Of a DNA stretch of 64,000 nt, positions 39,706-49,906 are shown one piece after another (the stretch's first letter is position 1; the number at the start of each line of letters is the position of its first letter). A model generated the notes under the pieces. The model saw only the letters and a program-made list of their open reading frames with translations. It was not told where the DNA came from and ran no database searches. The stretch is taken from NCBI GenBank assembly GCA_050949315.1, contig JBMNFL010000001.1:826413-890412 (forward strand), given 5' to 3'. The position numbers were made by a program, and so were the translations under genes. The DNA comes from Bacilli bacterium. Lineage in GTDB: Bacteria > Bacillota_I > Bacilli_A > RFN20 > UBA1709.

Positions 39706-40092
39706 ATGAAAATTCAATGGAACTTTGCAGACGGCACGAAATCCGAGGTCGAGGTCAATGAGGAGCTTGGGGAATTTATCACCGCATCGCGGCGCGAGGA
39801 GGACAACCTTAGTCGCAAAGAACGGTATCACTGTTATTCGTTGGATGCCATTCTCTTTGAAGGGAAGGAATACGGGGACAACCACACTCCCGAAACAGAA
39901 GTGGAGACAGCGGAAAGAAACAAGCGCCTTTATGCTGCAATGAAAACGCTGACGGCGGTACAGCAAAAGCGTTTGCTTATGCTGGCGGACGGGCTTTCCT
40001 TGCGGGAAATCGCACGAGTCGAGGGCGTAGATCATCGTGCTGTCCGCGAGTCTATCGACAGCGCGAAGAAAAAAATCAAAAAAGTGTTCTGA
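39706..40092 (+). CDS. Sigma-70 region-4-like HTH regulatory protein (phage/ICE-type small sigma-like factor)
   Basis: C-terminal LTAVQQKRLLMLADGLSLREIARVEGVDHRAVRESIDSAKKKIKK is a sigma70_r4/LuxR-type HTH. RBS GGAGGT. A hairpin overlaps the RBS. Confidence 0.65.
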   Translation: MKIQWNFADGTKSEVEVNEELGEFITASRREEDNLSRKERYHCYSLDAILFEGKEYGDNHTPETEVETAERNKRLYAAMKTLTAVQQKRLLMLADGLSLREIARVEGVDHRAVRESIDSAKKKIKKVF

Positions 40093-40171
40093 GTACCTCC
40101 CCAAAACACCCTGCATTTCTCCGTATGCCGAGGGACACACAAAAACGTCCCTCGGAAAGGACGGATGAAAG

Positions 40172-40369
40172 ATGAAGCACGATTTAAAGATCAGCGTTTC
40201 CAAAAAGCCCGCCGAAGACGGCGTCGTCAGATGCCAGCGTGTCACCATGCGGGAACGATTGCTCCGTTACCTGTTCGGCGAGAAGCGCCGGGTGATGGTC
40301 ATAGTTCCCGGTGACACCGTAGAGAGCGTTTCCATCACGGAATTGCCCGGAGGTGACGAGCACCGATGA
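40172..40369 (+). CDS. Hypothetical small phage protein
   Basis: Intact ORF in the co-directional phage module. Confidence 0.4.
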   Translation: MKHDLKISVSKKPAEDGVVRCQRVTMRERLLRYLFGEKRRVMVIVPGDTVESVSITELPGGDEHR

Positions 40370-40489
40370 AAAAAGACACTGCTCCGCTGCTTCCAATGCC
40401 GATCAAGGCAAAGCCCTACGCGCATCAGGTCGCCGCTTTCAATTTTGTTTGCGAGCTGTTTGGTCTGGTTTCGACGGGAGGTGATTCCG

Positions 40490-40912
40490 ATGACGAAGGT
40501 CACGGTGAAATGCGCCCTGTGCGGGAAAGCATTCCAACGGTCGGAAAACCAAATCCGTGAAAACAACTTCTGCTGCCGAGAGCATTTTTACGAATGGAAC
40601 TCACAGCGCATGACCGAGTACAACCGCACGGATAACCCCATGAACAAGCCCGGCGGCGTATTAGAGTCGCGTGTGAAGCGGAGTCGCAAGCTCCGTGGCA
40701 CCGGCGAGGGCAAGGCGTATCCCAAGCTGCTCGGCAAACACGCGCACCGCAGAATCGCAGAAGCCATACTTGGCAGACCGCTCAAAAAGGGTGAAGTCGT
40801 CCACCACATCGACGGCAACAAGCTCAACAATGACCCCGCAAACCTCGAGGTGCTCCCGTCACAGTCGGAGCATTGCAAAATCCACGGTTTCGGGAAGAAA
40901 AAAGGCAGGTGA
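40490..40912 (+). CDS. Phage HNH endonuclease
   Basis: Zn-finger CALCGK...CCREH plus HHIDGNKLNNDPANLEVL...H. ATG 40490 follows a GGGAGGTGA RBS. Confidence 0.8.
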   Translation: MTKVTVKCALCGKAFQRSENQIRENNFCCREHFYEWNSQRMTEYNRTDNPMNKPGGVLESRVKRSRKLRGTGEGKAYPKLLGKHAHRRIAEAILGRPLKKGEVVHHIDGNKLNNDPANLEVLPSQSEHCKIHGFGKKKGR

Positions 40913-40984
40913 TGTAAATGAATATTTCCAGAAGTCAGGGCGTCGCTCTCTTAATGGAAATGGGTTAGCACCGGGAAAACGCTG

Positions 40985-42262
40985 GTGTCCATCGCCGCAG
41001 CAGGTGCGCTGTATAACGCCGGACGCATCAAACGAGCACTGGTCGTAGCACCGTTGTCGGTCGTCGGCGTATGGGACGAGGAGTTCGGTAAGTTTGCCGC
41101 CTTTGATTATACCCTCGCCGTGCTCAAGGGCAGCGGCGAGAAGAAGGCAGATACGCTCCGGCACATGACCGGCGACGCGCTGCAGGTGGCTGTCGTCAAC
41201 TACGAATCGGCGTGGCGCTTGGAGAAGGAGCTCGCAGCATGGCGTCCCGACCTGATCATCGCCGACGAGGGGCACAAAATCAAGACACACAACATCTCGG
41301 TGTCCAAGGCGATGCACCGGCTGGGCGCAGCGGCAAAATATCGGCTGCTTTTGACAGGAACGCCGGTCACGAATAAGGCAATCGACGTCTTCTCCCAGTA
41401 CAAGTTCCTCGACCCGCGCATCTTCGGACAGTCGTTTTACAGCTTCCGCAACACCTATTTTTACATGACCGGCTACGGCAATCATACGCCGGTGCTTAAA
41501 AAGTCGATGGAGCCGGAACTGACACGCCGTATGCACAGCATCGCGTTTCGGGCGACAAAGAAGGACTGCCTTGACCTGCCGGAAACGACCGACATCATCC
41601 GCAAGGTTGAGCTGGAGCCGAGGGCGGTGAAGCTCTACCAAAGTCTCGTGCAGGAGAGCTACGTCGAGCTATCCGAGGGCGAGGTCACCATCACCAACGT
41701 GCTCACCAAGCTGCTGCGACTATCGCAGCTCACGGGCGGCTTCATCGGAAGCGACGAGAGCAGTGCCGCCGAACAGGTATCAACGGCGAAGCTCGACGTG
41801 CTGGAGGACATCCTCGACGCGGCAATCGAGGAGAACCGCAAGCTCGTCGTAATCGCCCGCTTCGTACCGGAGCTTGACGCGATCTGTGCCATGCTCGAAA
41901 AGAAGCGCGTTAACTATTCGCTCATCAAGGGCGGCGTAAAAGACCGCGACGAGCAGGTCGCCCGATTCCAGAATGACCCCGATGTCCCCATTTTTGTCGG
42001 GCAGATCGCAACCGCAGGTCTTGGGCTGACGCTCACGGCGGCAAGCACGATGGTCTTTTACTCGCTGGACTACAGCATGAGCAACTTCGAGCAATGCAAA
42101 GCCCGTATTCACCGCGCCGGTCAGCGGATGCCATGTACCTACATCTATCTCACCGCGCAGGGCACGGTCGATGAGAAGGTACTCAAAGCCCTGAAGAACA
42201 AGGCGAACCTTGCCAAAACGCTGGTCGATGACTACCGCTACGGCAACAACCCATTTATGTAA
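40985..42262 (+). CDS. SNF2-family (DEAD/DEAH-box) helicase, N-terminally disrupted by an apparent frameshift (a 16-codon ORF at 40918-40968 carries the start and the beginning of motif I)
   Basis: Motifs STGKTL (I), IIADEGHKIK (II), LLLTGTPVTN (III) and a C-terminal helicase domain (QNDPDVPIFVGQIATAGLGLTLTAAS...HRAGQ). Upstream, MNISRSQGVALLMEMG* in the -1 frame follows an AGGTGA RBS. Confidence 0.7.
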   Translation: MSIAAAGALYNAGRIKRALVVAPLSVVGVWDEEFGKFAAFDYTLAVLKGSGEKKADTLRHMTGDALQVAVVNYESAWRLEKELAAWRPDLIIADEGHKIKTHNISVSKAMHRLGAAAKYRLLLTGTPVTNKAIDVFSQYKFLDPRIFGQSFYSFRNTYFYMTGYGNHTPVLKKSMEPELTRRMHSIAFRATKKDCLDLPETTDIIRKVELEPRAVKLYQSLVQESYVELSEGEVTITNVLTKLLRLSQLTGGFIGSDESSAAEQVSTAKLDVLEDILDAAIEENRKLVVIARFVPELDAICAMLEKKRVNYSLIKGGVKDRDEQVARFQNDPDVPIFVGQIATAGLGLTLTAASTMVFYSLDYSMSNFEQCKARIHRAGQRMPCTYIYLTAQGTVDEKVLKALKNKANLAKTLVDDYRYGNNPFM

Positions 42263-42276
42263 AGGAGCATATCACA

Positions 42277-42699
42277 ATGGACAATTCAGAAAAAATGTTT
42301 GAACTCGCAGACCGGCTTAAGGCACTGCGGGACGAGAAAAAGGATGCCGAGCAGCGCGTCAAGAAGTTAAACGCCGCGCTCGACGAAACCGATGCTGCGC
42401 TGGCGCAGCTCATGACTGATACCGAAACGCAGAACTTCACTCGCTCCGGCACGATGTTCTGCCTCACCAACACAACCCGCGCATCGGCGACTGCCGACCG
42501 CAAGGACGAGCTATTTGAAGCACTTCGCGCAGAGGGCTACGGCGGACTGGTTTACGAGACCGTCAATGCCAACTCTCTCTCGGCTTTCGTGCGGGAGCAG
42601 ATATCCGAGAATGACGATGTGTTACCCGACTGGCTTGAAGGGCTGGTCAGCGTATTCGAAAAAACCACTGTGGGCGTTCGTAAAGCGCCCAGCAAATAA
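42277..42699 (+). CDS. Hypothetical phage protein (N-terminal coiled coil)
   Basis: RBS AAAGGAG, ATG 42277. Confidence 0.5.
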   Translation: MDNSEKMFELADRLKALRDEKKDAEQRVKKLNAALDETDAALAQLMTDTETQNFTRSGTMFCLTNTTRASATADRKDELFEALRAEGYGGLVYETVNANSLSAFVREQISENDDVLPDWLEGLVSVFEKTTVGVRKAPSK

Positions 42700-42720
42700 T
42701 GAAAAGGAAGGTATTTCACA

Positions 42721-43497
42721 ATGAAAAACAATGAAAACACGGCACTTACCACTACGAACAGCGCGTTTATGGCACTGAAGGACTTCAACCTGAACGACGC
42801 GCTCTCCGAGGAGCTTTCCGGCTTGTCCGGCAGCTTCGAGAGAATCAAAATCCCTGCCGGAGGCATGACGTTGTTCGAGATACCCGGTGAAAACCCCGAC
42901 AGCCCTGAAACGGTCAAGGAGTTTTCCGCAGTTATCCTGCACCATCATCCGCTGTATGCCTACTACACGGACAAGTATACCGGCGGCTCCAACCCGCCCG
43001 ATTGCGGCAGCTTCGACGGCGTTACCGGCGAAGGCAACCCCGGTGGCGACTGTGCCAATTGTCCGTATAACAAATTCGGCTCCGGCGAGAACGGTGCAAA
43101 AGCGTGTAAAAACCGCCGCCGCATCTACTTGCTGCGAGAGGGCGAGATTTTCCCGATGATTCTTTCACTTCCGACCGGCTCTCTCAAAGATTTTACTCGT
43201 TACATCATGCGATTGCTCTCAAAGGGCAAGAAGTCTAACGCCGTTGTCACGAAATTCACACTGAGGAAGGCGACCAATAACAATGGCATCGCTTACTCGC
43301 AGGCGCAGTTTACAGTCGACCGCGACCTGACCGATGATGAGTACGCGCTCATCGCAGGGCTAACCGAGCAGGTCAAGACCTTCTCCACACGCGTTGGCTA
43401 CGATACCGAACCGGCAACGGATGTTCCCCCCGCAGGGATTGCGCCCGCTGTCAATGTTGACCCCGAAACCGGCGAGGTTGTTGAACCTCTCGCCTAA
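42721..43497 (+). CDS. Hypothetical phage replication-module protein with a Cys-rich (Zn-ribbon-like) segment
   Basis: CGSFDG...CANCPYNKFG...ACKNRRR. RBS AAAGGAAGG. Confidence 0.5.
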   Translation: MKNNENTALTTTNSAFMALKDFNLNDALSEELSGLSGSFERIKIPAGGMTLFEIPGENPDSPETVKEFSAVILHHHPLYAYYTDKYTGGSNPPDCGSFDGVTGEGNPGGDCANCPYNKFGSGENGAKACKNRRRIYLLREGEIFPMILSLPTGSLKDFTRYIMRLLSKGKKSNAVVTKFTLRKATNNNGIAYSQAQFTVDRDLTDDEYALIAGLTEQVKTFSTRVGYDTEPATDVPPAGIAPAVNVDPETGEVVEPLA

Positions 43498-43562
43498 ATA
43501 CACCGCCGCAAGGTCGGGTGGCAGCTGCTGCCCGACCTGTAGCGGCAGACAGGAGCATGAAC

Positions 43563-45482
43563 ATGGATTATAACCTCATATATACATCCGACGAGCTGCG
43601 CAAGTACATCAAGGGCGCGGGCGTTATTGCATTCGACTTTGAGACCGCGCCGGACGATGCTTGGCGGGATGAGCCGAAGGCGGCGCTGGACGCGCATAAG
43701 GCGCACATCGCCGGTATCAGCTTTTCGGTTTCGGAAGGTAGCGCGGTATATTTGCCTATTGCCCATAAGGTCGGAAAAAATGTGCAGAGCCGCGATGAGC
43801 TTATGCAGTATCTCACGACCGCTGTGTTTGAAAACCCCGATGTCGTTAAGGTGGCGCACAACCTGTCCTTTGAGGCGATGTTCCTCTATGCGCTGGGCAT
43901 TGTTGTATGCGAGCCCTGCTACGACACCATCGCGGCGGCGCAGCTCACGCTTAAGAGCAAGTTTGAGTTTCGCGGGCTATCGGACAGCGGCTTGAAGCTG
44001 CTCTCCACCTCGCTATTCGGCGCAAATATGCCGGATTTCAATACGGTGACGGCGGGACGGCATTTCGATGAGATGAACCCTGCCGAGCAGGAAACGTTGC
44101 GCTACGCCTGTGCCGACAGTGATTACACCTTGCGGTTCTACCATAAATTCAATGGCTGGTTTAAAAAGAATCTCCCGCAGCATCGGGATATTGTTGAACG
44201 GGTGGAATCGCCAACAGCGGTCTATGTCGGTATGATGAAGTACAACGGCGTTCCGATGGATACGGATGCGATGATGTCGAAAAATGTCGAAGCAGACCGA
44301 AAACTGACGGAGTTACGCTCGGCAATTGATGAGATGACCGGCGGCGTGGACATCGGCGCAAACGCCTCGACCTCGGCGTTCAAGCAGTATCTGTATACCG
44401 ACCTTGGATTGCCGGTGCTGAAGACGACGGAAAAGCATCAGGAGGCGGCAGACGACGCAACGATGATACTGCTCACGGAGTATTGCCGCGAGAATCGCCC
44501 GGAGCTGGTGCATCTGTTTGAGCTGGTGCAGGAATACCGCAAGTGGGGCAAGCTCAAAAGCACCTACATCGACGGGTATCTTCACTGTGTCAACAGCGCC
44601 ACAGGACGCATTCACCCTGACCTTATACCGCTCGGCACAGAAACAGGGCGCTTCGCCTCCCGCAGTCCCAACCTGCAAAACTGCCCGCGCAAAGATAACG
44701 ACCCGATTGGAGTGAGGAATTTCATCGCCGCGCCGGAGGGCAAGCTGCTCATCTCACTGGATTTCTCCCAGATCGAACTCCGCGTGGGTGCGTTTTACTG
44801 CCGCGACGAAAAGATGCTCGAAACCTATCGCGCCGGTGGCGATATCCATGCGGCAACGACCTCGGTTATCTTTCATGTGCCGTTTAGCGAGGCAGCGGAC
44901 AAGAATGCACCGCATTACAAGGAGCGCCGCACCATCGCCAAGAACTGCAATTTTGGTGTGTTTTACGGGCTTTTCCCTAGCGGGCTGCAGAAGACGCTGA
45001 AGTTCAAGGCGGGTCTGGATATGTCGAAGGAAGCTTGTGCTGTCATCATCGATAATTTGAAAAATGGTTATCCGCGCTTGTCCGATTGGCAGGACGAAAC
45101 CAAGCGTCGCGCTGCCAACACCTGCTATGCGGAAACATGGCTCGGTCGCCGCAGATACATTATAGGAATACTCTCGACCGATTGGGGCAAGCGCTCCTTC
45201 GCCGAGCGCTGCGCCATGAATACGCCGATTCAAGGTACGGCGGCGGATATTCTGAAGCTGGCGATGGGACGCATCGTCGCGGGTATCAAGGAGCGTCCGT
45301 GGCTTAAGCCGTTCCTGCAGATTCACGACGAGCTGGTATTCGAGATACCGGCGGATAAGCTCGACGAGGCGGTCGGCTTCGTGAAGGCTTGCATGGAGGT
45401 ACAGCCGTTTACGGAGTTTGATGTGCCGATTATTGCCGAAGCCGCCTACGGGACGAATTTCGGAGAAATGGAGGAATTGTAA
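43563..45482 (+). CDS. Family-A DNA polymerase (3'-5' exonuclease + polymerase; no 5'-nuclease domain)
   Basis: Exo I IAFDFETAPDD. Polymerase motifs DFSQIELRV (A), RRTIAKNCNFGVFYG (B), QIHDELVFE (C). ATG 43563 lies 7 nt after AGGAG. Confidence 0.85.
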   Translation: MDYNLIYTSDELRKYIKGAGVIAFDFETAPDDAWRDEPKAALDAHKAHIAGISFSVSEGSAVYLPIAHKVGKNVQSRDELMQYLTTAVFENPDVVKVAHNLSFEAMFLYALGIVVCEPCYDTIAAAQLTLKSKFEFRGLSDSGLKLLSTSLFGANMPDFNTVTAGRHFDEMNPAEQETLRYACADSDYTLRFYHKFNGWFKKNLPQHRDIVERVESPTAVYVGMMKYNGVPMDTDAMMSKNVEADRKLTELRSAIDEMTGGVDIGANASTSAFKQYLYTDLGLPVLKTTEKHQEAADDATMILLTEYCRENRPELVHLFELVQEYRKWGKLKSTYIDGYLHCVNSATGRIHPDLIPLGTETGRFASRSPNLQNCPRKDNDPIGVRNFIAAPEGKLLISLDFSQIELRVGAFYCRDEKMLETYRAGGDIHAATTSVIFHVPFSEAADKNAPHYKERRTIAKNCNFGVFYGLFPSGLQKTLKFKAGLDMSKEACAVIIDNLKNGYPRLSDWQDETKRRAANTCYAETWLGRRRYIIGILSTDWGKRSFAERCAMNTPIQGTAADILKLAMGRIVAGIKERPWLKPFLQIHDELVFEIPADKLDEAVGFVKACMEVQPFTEFDVPIIAEAAYGTNFGEMEEL

Positions 45483-45916
45483 TGTGGATAGATAAATACA
45501 ACGCCGAAGGTTATTATGACCCGACGAATTATGAAGCAATGCGTGAGCTTATACGCGAAGAGTTAAAACGCCGATACGGAACTGAATATCGTCCGCTCGT
45601 ATTCATCTGTTCTCCGTTCGCCGGTGACATGGAAGGTAACGCGGAACGAACACGGAAATATTGTCGTTTCGCTGTTGAGCAATATGCCATTCCCGTTGCG
45701 CCGCATCTGCTGTACCCGCAGTTTATGGATGAGCATGACCCCGACAGCCGCAAGCTCGGTCTTTTCTTCGGACGTGTCCTGCTCGGAAAATGTCAGGAAC
45801 TGTGGGTGTTCGGGGATACGATTTCCGACGGTATGAGTTATGAAATCCGTAAGGCGCAGAATCACAATATGCCTATCAAATACTTTACCGAGGAATGTGA
45901 GGTGAAAACATTATGA
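45482..45916 (+). CDS. DUF4406-like (nucleoside 2-deoxyribosyltransferase-fold) phage protein
   Basis: LVFICSPFAGD...VLLGKCQELWVFGD pattern. Start overlaps the polA stop. Confidence 0.5.
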   Translation: MWIDKYNAEGYYDPTNYEAMRELIREELKRRYGTEYRPLVFICSPFAGDMEGNAERTRKYCRFAVEQYAIPVAPHLLYPQFMDEHDPDSRKLGLFFGRVLLGKCQELWVFGDTISDGMSYEIRKAQNHNMPIKYFTEECEVKTL

Positions 45917-48915
45917 GTTATCCGAAAGAACTGCTTGACAGAAAGCAATGGGTCAACTGGCGGCTTATTCCCGATAAGGACGGCGGTAAGGACAAAAAGA
46001 TGCCGTACAACCCCATCACCGGCAAGGGCGCACAATCCAATAATCCTGCGACATGGACGGACTACGCCACTGCCGCCGATGCGCTGGAGCGCTATGGCTT
46101 TACAGGGCTGGGCTTCATGTTCTCAAAGGAAGATGATATTGTGGGTGTGGATGTCGACCATTGCTACGACCCTGAAACAAAGACATTTAACGAAACGGCG
46201 AAGGCAATCATCGCAAGGCAGCCCACATATATGGAGTTTTCGCCCTCCGGCACCGGCATTCATCTCTTTTTCAAGGGTGCGATGCCCGGCACCGGCAACA
46301 AGAATACCAAGACCGGCGTTGAGATGTACGAGCATACCAGATACTTTACGATGACGGGTAAAAGGCTCGACGGAGCGACGGATATCATCGCCGAGGATAA
46401 CGGTACGCTTAAATGGATTCACGAAACCTACATTCGCACCCCGAAAAAGCAGCAGCAAAGGAAGTCGAAAAAGAGTGCATCCGTGCAGCTGTCCGACGAC
46501 GACCTTTTGGAGCTTGCTCGTGGTGCCGATAACGGCGAAGCGTTCTCAAAGCTCTGGGGCGGTGACTGGCAGGACGCCTATTCGAGTCAATCGGAGGCGG
46601 ATATGGCGCTCTGCTGTCGGCTGGCGTTCTGGTCGGGCAAGGACAAAGCGCAGATGGACAGGCTCTTTCGCCAGAGCGGGCTGTTTCGTGACAAGTGGGA
46701 CACGAAGCATCATGCCAGCGGCGCGACCTACGGTGAGGAAACGCTGGACAAGGCTTGCGAACTGACCGAGGATACCTATGCTCCCGGCAACGATGCGCCG
46801 GTGTTTGAGTACAAGGGTATGTATTTCCGCAGCAAGGGCGACAACATTTATCCCATCACCAACTTTGTATTCGTGCCGGTGGAGATGATTGTCGCCGAGG
46901 AGGAAACGCAGCTCACCGCCGACCTTGTGACCGTGCGTGGTGAAACCTACCGCCTGACCTTTATGACGACGGATTTCGCCAATCAGCAGAAATTCAAGAA
47001 CGCTCTCAACAAGCGCACCATTGCTCTGAGCTATACCGGCTCGGACGGCGATTTGGAGCTGCTTAAGGCATACATCTCGGAGCTGGAATGGAAAACGAAG
47101 CTCGGCGTCAAGGCGATGGGCATTTATGAGCATGGCAGCGGGATGGCTTTCGTATCAGTTGATGGCGCAGTTGATGAAAACGGCGCGTCGGTCGAGGACA
47201 TTATTCAGCTGGACAAATACAGCAGCATTTGCAGCGACATTCTTGATGCAAAGCTCATCACCGCGACCCAGCTTCAAAGGCTCGGCGAGGTGCTTATGTC
47301 CTACAATGAACCCGCAAAGGCTGTGTCAATTCTGGCGTGGATCGGCGGCTGCTTCGTCAAGGAGCACCTGCGGAAAAAGAACGTAAAATACCCGCATCTT
47401 ATGCTCATCGGCGAAGCCGGAAGCGGCAAGAGCAATACGCTGGAGCGGGTTATTATGCCGGTGTTTTCTCGGTCTAAAATCGTGGCGGCGGGACAAACGA
47501 CCGCCTTTACGCTGATGAAGGACTCGGCATCCTCGAACACCATTCCGATGGCACTGGACGAGTTCAAGCCCTCAAAAATCGACAGTTATCGCCTTGCGCC
47601 GCTGCTGAACCATTTCCGTAACAGCTATGACGGTCAAGAAGGCATCCGTGGTCGCGCCGATCAGACGACCGTGAGCTATGAGTTGCTGGCTCCGCTCGTG
47701 GTTGCCGGTGAGGAATCGCCGGACGAGGCGGCAATCCGTGAACGTAGCATCGAGCTGTTGTTCTCCAAGAAAGACCTGAAAACGGTCGAATATCGTGCGG
47801 CGTTCCAGAGACTGTGCGCCAGCGCCGATTTACTCGGCTGTCTTGGGCATAGCTTACTGAACATCGCGCTGAAAACAAAGCCCGCAGAGTGCTATTCATG
47901 GTACGATGAGGCGCTGGGCGGCTTCAACAAGGAGCTGCCGTCGCGTGTCGTCAATAACCTTGCTTGTATGGTCGCAGGACTTCGGCTTATGGAGAAGCTG
48001 TGTTCCTCGCTCGGACTTTTATGGCATGAGACATTTCCGTATGCCCTCGCTCCCTGCACGAAATACATCGAGTATGCGGCGAAGGAATACCTGTTGGACG
48101 GCGGCACCAGCAATAAAAGCGTGGTCGAGCAGACGCTCGAGGTCACTAAGCTCGGCGACCTCTGGACACTTGGTCGGCATCGGCTGGTCTGCGGAGACAG
48201 CACCAAAGCAGAAACCTTCGCTGTTCTTATGGATGACCGCAAGGCGAATCTGGTCATCACAGACCCGCCTTATAATGTAAACTACGAAGGCAGCGCCGGG
48301 AAAATCAAGAACGACAATATGGGCAACGACGCCTTCTACCACTTTCTGCTCGATGCCTTTACAAACACCGAAGCGGTCATGGCGGAGGATGCCAGCATCT
48401 ATGTTTTCCACGCTGACACCGAAGGGCTTAATTTCAGGAGAGCCTTTTCGGATGCCGGTTTTTATTTATCCGGTTGCTGTATCTGGAAGAAGCAGTCGCT
48501 GGTGCTGGGGCGCTCCCCATATCAGTGGCAGCACGAGCCTGTGCTATATGGCTGGAAGAAAACCGGGAAGCACCAGTGGTACAGTGGGCGCAAGGAAACG
48601 ACCATCTGGGAGTTCGACAAACCAAAGAAGAATGGCGACCACCCGACGATGAAGCCAATTCCGCTGCTGGCCTATCCTATTATGAACAGCAGCATGACAA
48701 ACACGCTGGTGCTCGACCCCTTCGGTGGCTCTGGCTCCACGCTCATCGCCTGTGAACAGGCCGACCGCTCCTGCGCCACCATTGAGCTTGACGAGAAGTT
48801 TTGCGATGTTATCGTCAAGCGGTATATCGAGCAGGTCGGTGCGGCGGATAAGGTATCCGTCCAGCGTGACGGACTGACCTATTCCTACACTGAAGTGGCT
48901 GTAAAATCGGACTGA
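45913..48915 (+). CDS. Multidomain replication protein: bifunctional primase-polymerase (prim-pol) N-domain + PriCT-2 + SF3/D5-like NTPase + C-terminal beta-class N6/N4 DNA methyltransferase
   Basis: Four regions:
- prim-pol N-term (KQWVNWR...GVDVDHCYD...GTGIHLFF);
- PriCT-2 (ADMALCCRLAFWSGKD...MDRLFRQSGLFRDKW);
- Walker A (LIGEAGSGKSNT);
- MTase motif IV (LVITDPPYNV) followed by motif I (LDPFGGSGSTLIA). Confidence 0.75.
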   Translation: MSYPKELLDRKQWVNWRLIPDKDGGKDKKMPYNPITGKGAQSNNPATWTDYATAADALERYGFTGLGFMFSKEDDIVGVDVDHCYDPETKTFNETAKAIIARQPTYMEFSPSGTGIHLFFKGAMPGTGNKNTKTGVEMYEHTRYFTMTGKRLDGATDIIAEDNGTLKWIHETYIRTPKKQQQRKSKKSASVQLSDDDLLELARGADNGEAFSKLWGGDWQDAYSSQSEADMALCCRLAFWSGKDKAQMDRLFRQSGLFRDKWDTKHHASGATYGEETLDKACELTEDTYAPGNDAPVFEYKGMYFRSKGDNIYPITNFVFVPVEMIVAEEETQLTADLVTVRGETYRLTFMTTDFANQQKFKNALNKRTIALSYTGSDGDLELLKAYISELEWKTKLGVKAMGIYEHGSGMAFVSVDGAVDENGASVEDIIQLDKYSSICSDILDAKLITATQLQRLGEVLMSYNEPAKAVSILAWIGGCFVKEHLRKKNVKYPHLMLIGEAGSGKSNTLERVIMPVFSRSKIVAAGQTTAFTLMKDSASSNTIPMALDEFKPSKIDSYRLAPLLNHFRNSYDGQEGIRGRADQTTVSYELLAPLVVAGEESPDEAAIRERSIELLFSKKDLKTVEYRAAFQRLCASADLLGCLGHSLLNIALKTKPAECYSWYDEALGGFNKELPSRVVNNLACMVAGLRLMEKLCSSLGLLWHETFPYALAPCTKYIEYAAKEYLLDGGTSNKSVVEQTLEVTKLGDLWTLGRHRLVCGDSTKAETFAVLMDDRKANLVITDPPYNVNYEGSAGKIKNDNMGNDAFYHFLLDAFTNTEAVMAEDASIYVFHADTEGLNFRRAFSDAGFYLSGCCIWKKQSLVLGRSPYQWQHEPVLYGWKKTGKHQWYSGRKETTIWEFDKPKKNGDHPTMKPIPLLAYPIMNSSMTNTLVLDPFGGSGSTLIACEQADRSCATIELDEKFCDVIVKRYIEQVGAADKVSVQRDGLTYSYTEVAVKSD

Positions 48916-48942
48916 ATCACACAAGCACCGTCGCTTCTATTT

Positions 48943-49010
48943 GGTACATATATATCCCGGAATTGTCTTGCTATTTACAGGCTTTAGAGTGATATATGTA
49001 TGTACAAAAG
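48943..49010 (+). promoter_or_regulatory. Repeated phage promoter-like element, copy 1 (TTGCTA-17-GATATA)
   Basis: About 70 bp similar to 50339-50410. Lies upstream of gene 49046. Confidence 0.45.
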
Positions 49011-49045
49011 CCGAAGCATCGGCTAAAAGAAAGGCGGCAGATACT

Positions 49046-49906
49046 ATGGAAAACAAGGATTTTGAACTCAGGTACAACCTGACCGGCAACGACCGCAAGC
49101 AGCTCGTAACAGTGATGGCGGAGATTTTGAACTGCCCTGCAAAGTACAAAGGCGCTCCTTCCTTCACCTATGAGGTGGACTACTTCACCATCGACAAGAA
49201 TGGCACGATCAGCTTCGACGACCGCGCTGACAGCGAGGAAATCGAAAAGCTCATCGAGAGGCTGCACGAGCAGGGCTTTGAAGCGGAAACGCGCTTCGAG
49301 GATTTGAGAATGACCGAGGCAGAAGAACTGGGGCTTGGCAGACAGCACCGCGACCCGGTTGGCGAAGATGGCATGCAAGCAAGCGACGTACCGGACGAGA
49401 GCATCGGGCTGGTGATTGAGATGCCCCGTTCCTCCTTTACCGACACTGCGCTCGAAAATCTCAAGCGGTTGGTTGAAAGCAAGAAAAGCCTCATCAGCAA
49501 GGCTCTCGGATGTCAAGACATCGACCTTGATATTACCGATGAGAGGGTACGGTTCCCGTGGTTTGAGGACGGCACCGAGCCGGACGCGGTCAAGGCATAC
49601 ACACATTTCGTCACAGCGCTTTGCGAGATGGCAAAGACTCAAAAGCGCGTTACCGCAAAGGAAAAAGATACGGACAATGACAAGTACGCATTCCGCTGCT
49701 TTCTGCTCCGTCTGGGCTTCATTGGTGATGGGTACAAGGCGGCGCGAAAGATACTGCTCCGCAACCTTTCCGGAAGCGGCGCCTTCAAGAGCGGCAACCC
49801 GAAGGTGCAGGAACTTGTTGAGCGCATCAATGCAGACGCCGGTCTCTATGATGACATGATGAGCCTGCAGGACAAGGAGGTGTCTGACGATGAGGTTTCC
49901 AAGTAA
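49046..49906 (+). CDS. Hypothetical phage protein
   Basis: ATG 49046 after a GAAAGG RBS. The antisense 319-aa ORF on the minus strand was rejected. Confidence 0.55.
   Translation: MENKDFELRYNLTGNDRKQLVTVMAEILNCPAKYKGAPSFTYEVDYFTIDKNGTISFDDRADSEEIEKLIERLHEQGFEAETRFEDLRMTEAEELGLGRQHRDPVGEDGMQASDVPDESIGLVIEMPRSSFTDTALENLKRLVESKKSLISKALGCQDIDLDITDERVRFPWFEDGTEPDAVKAYTHFVTALCEMAKTQKRVTAKEKDTDNDKYAFRCFLLRLGFIGDGYKAARKILLRNLSGSGAFKSGNPKVQELVERINADAGLYDDMMSLQDKEVSDDEVSK

Noticed and set aside
40859-41641. 260-aa minus-strand ORF
   Set aside because: Antisense to the SNF2 helicase gene, whose helicase motifs are unambiguous on the plus strand.
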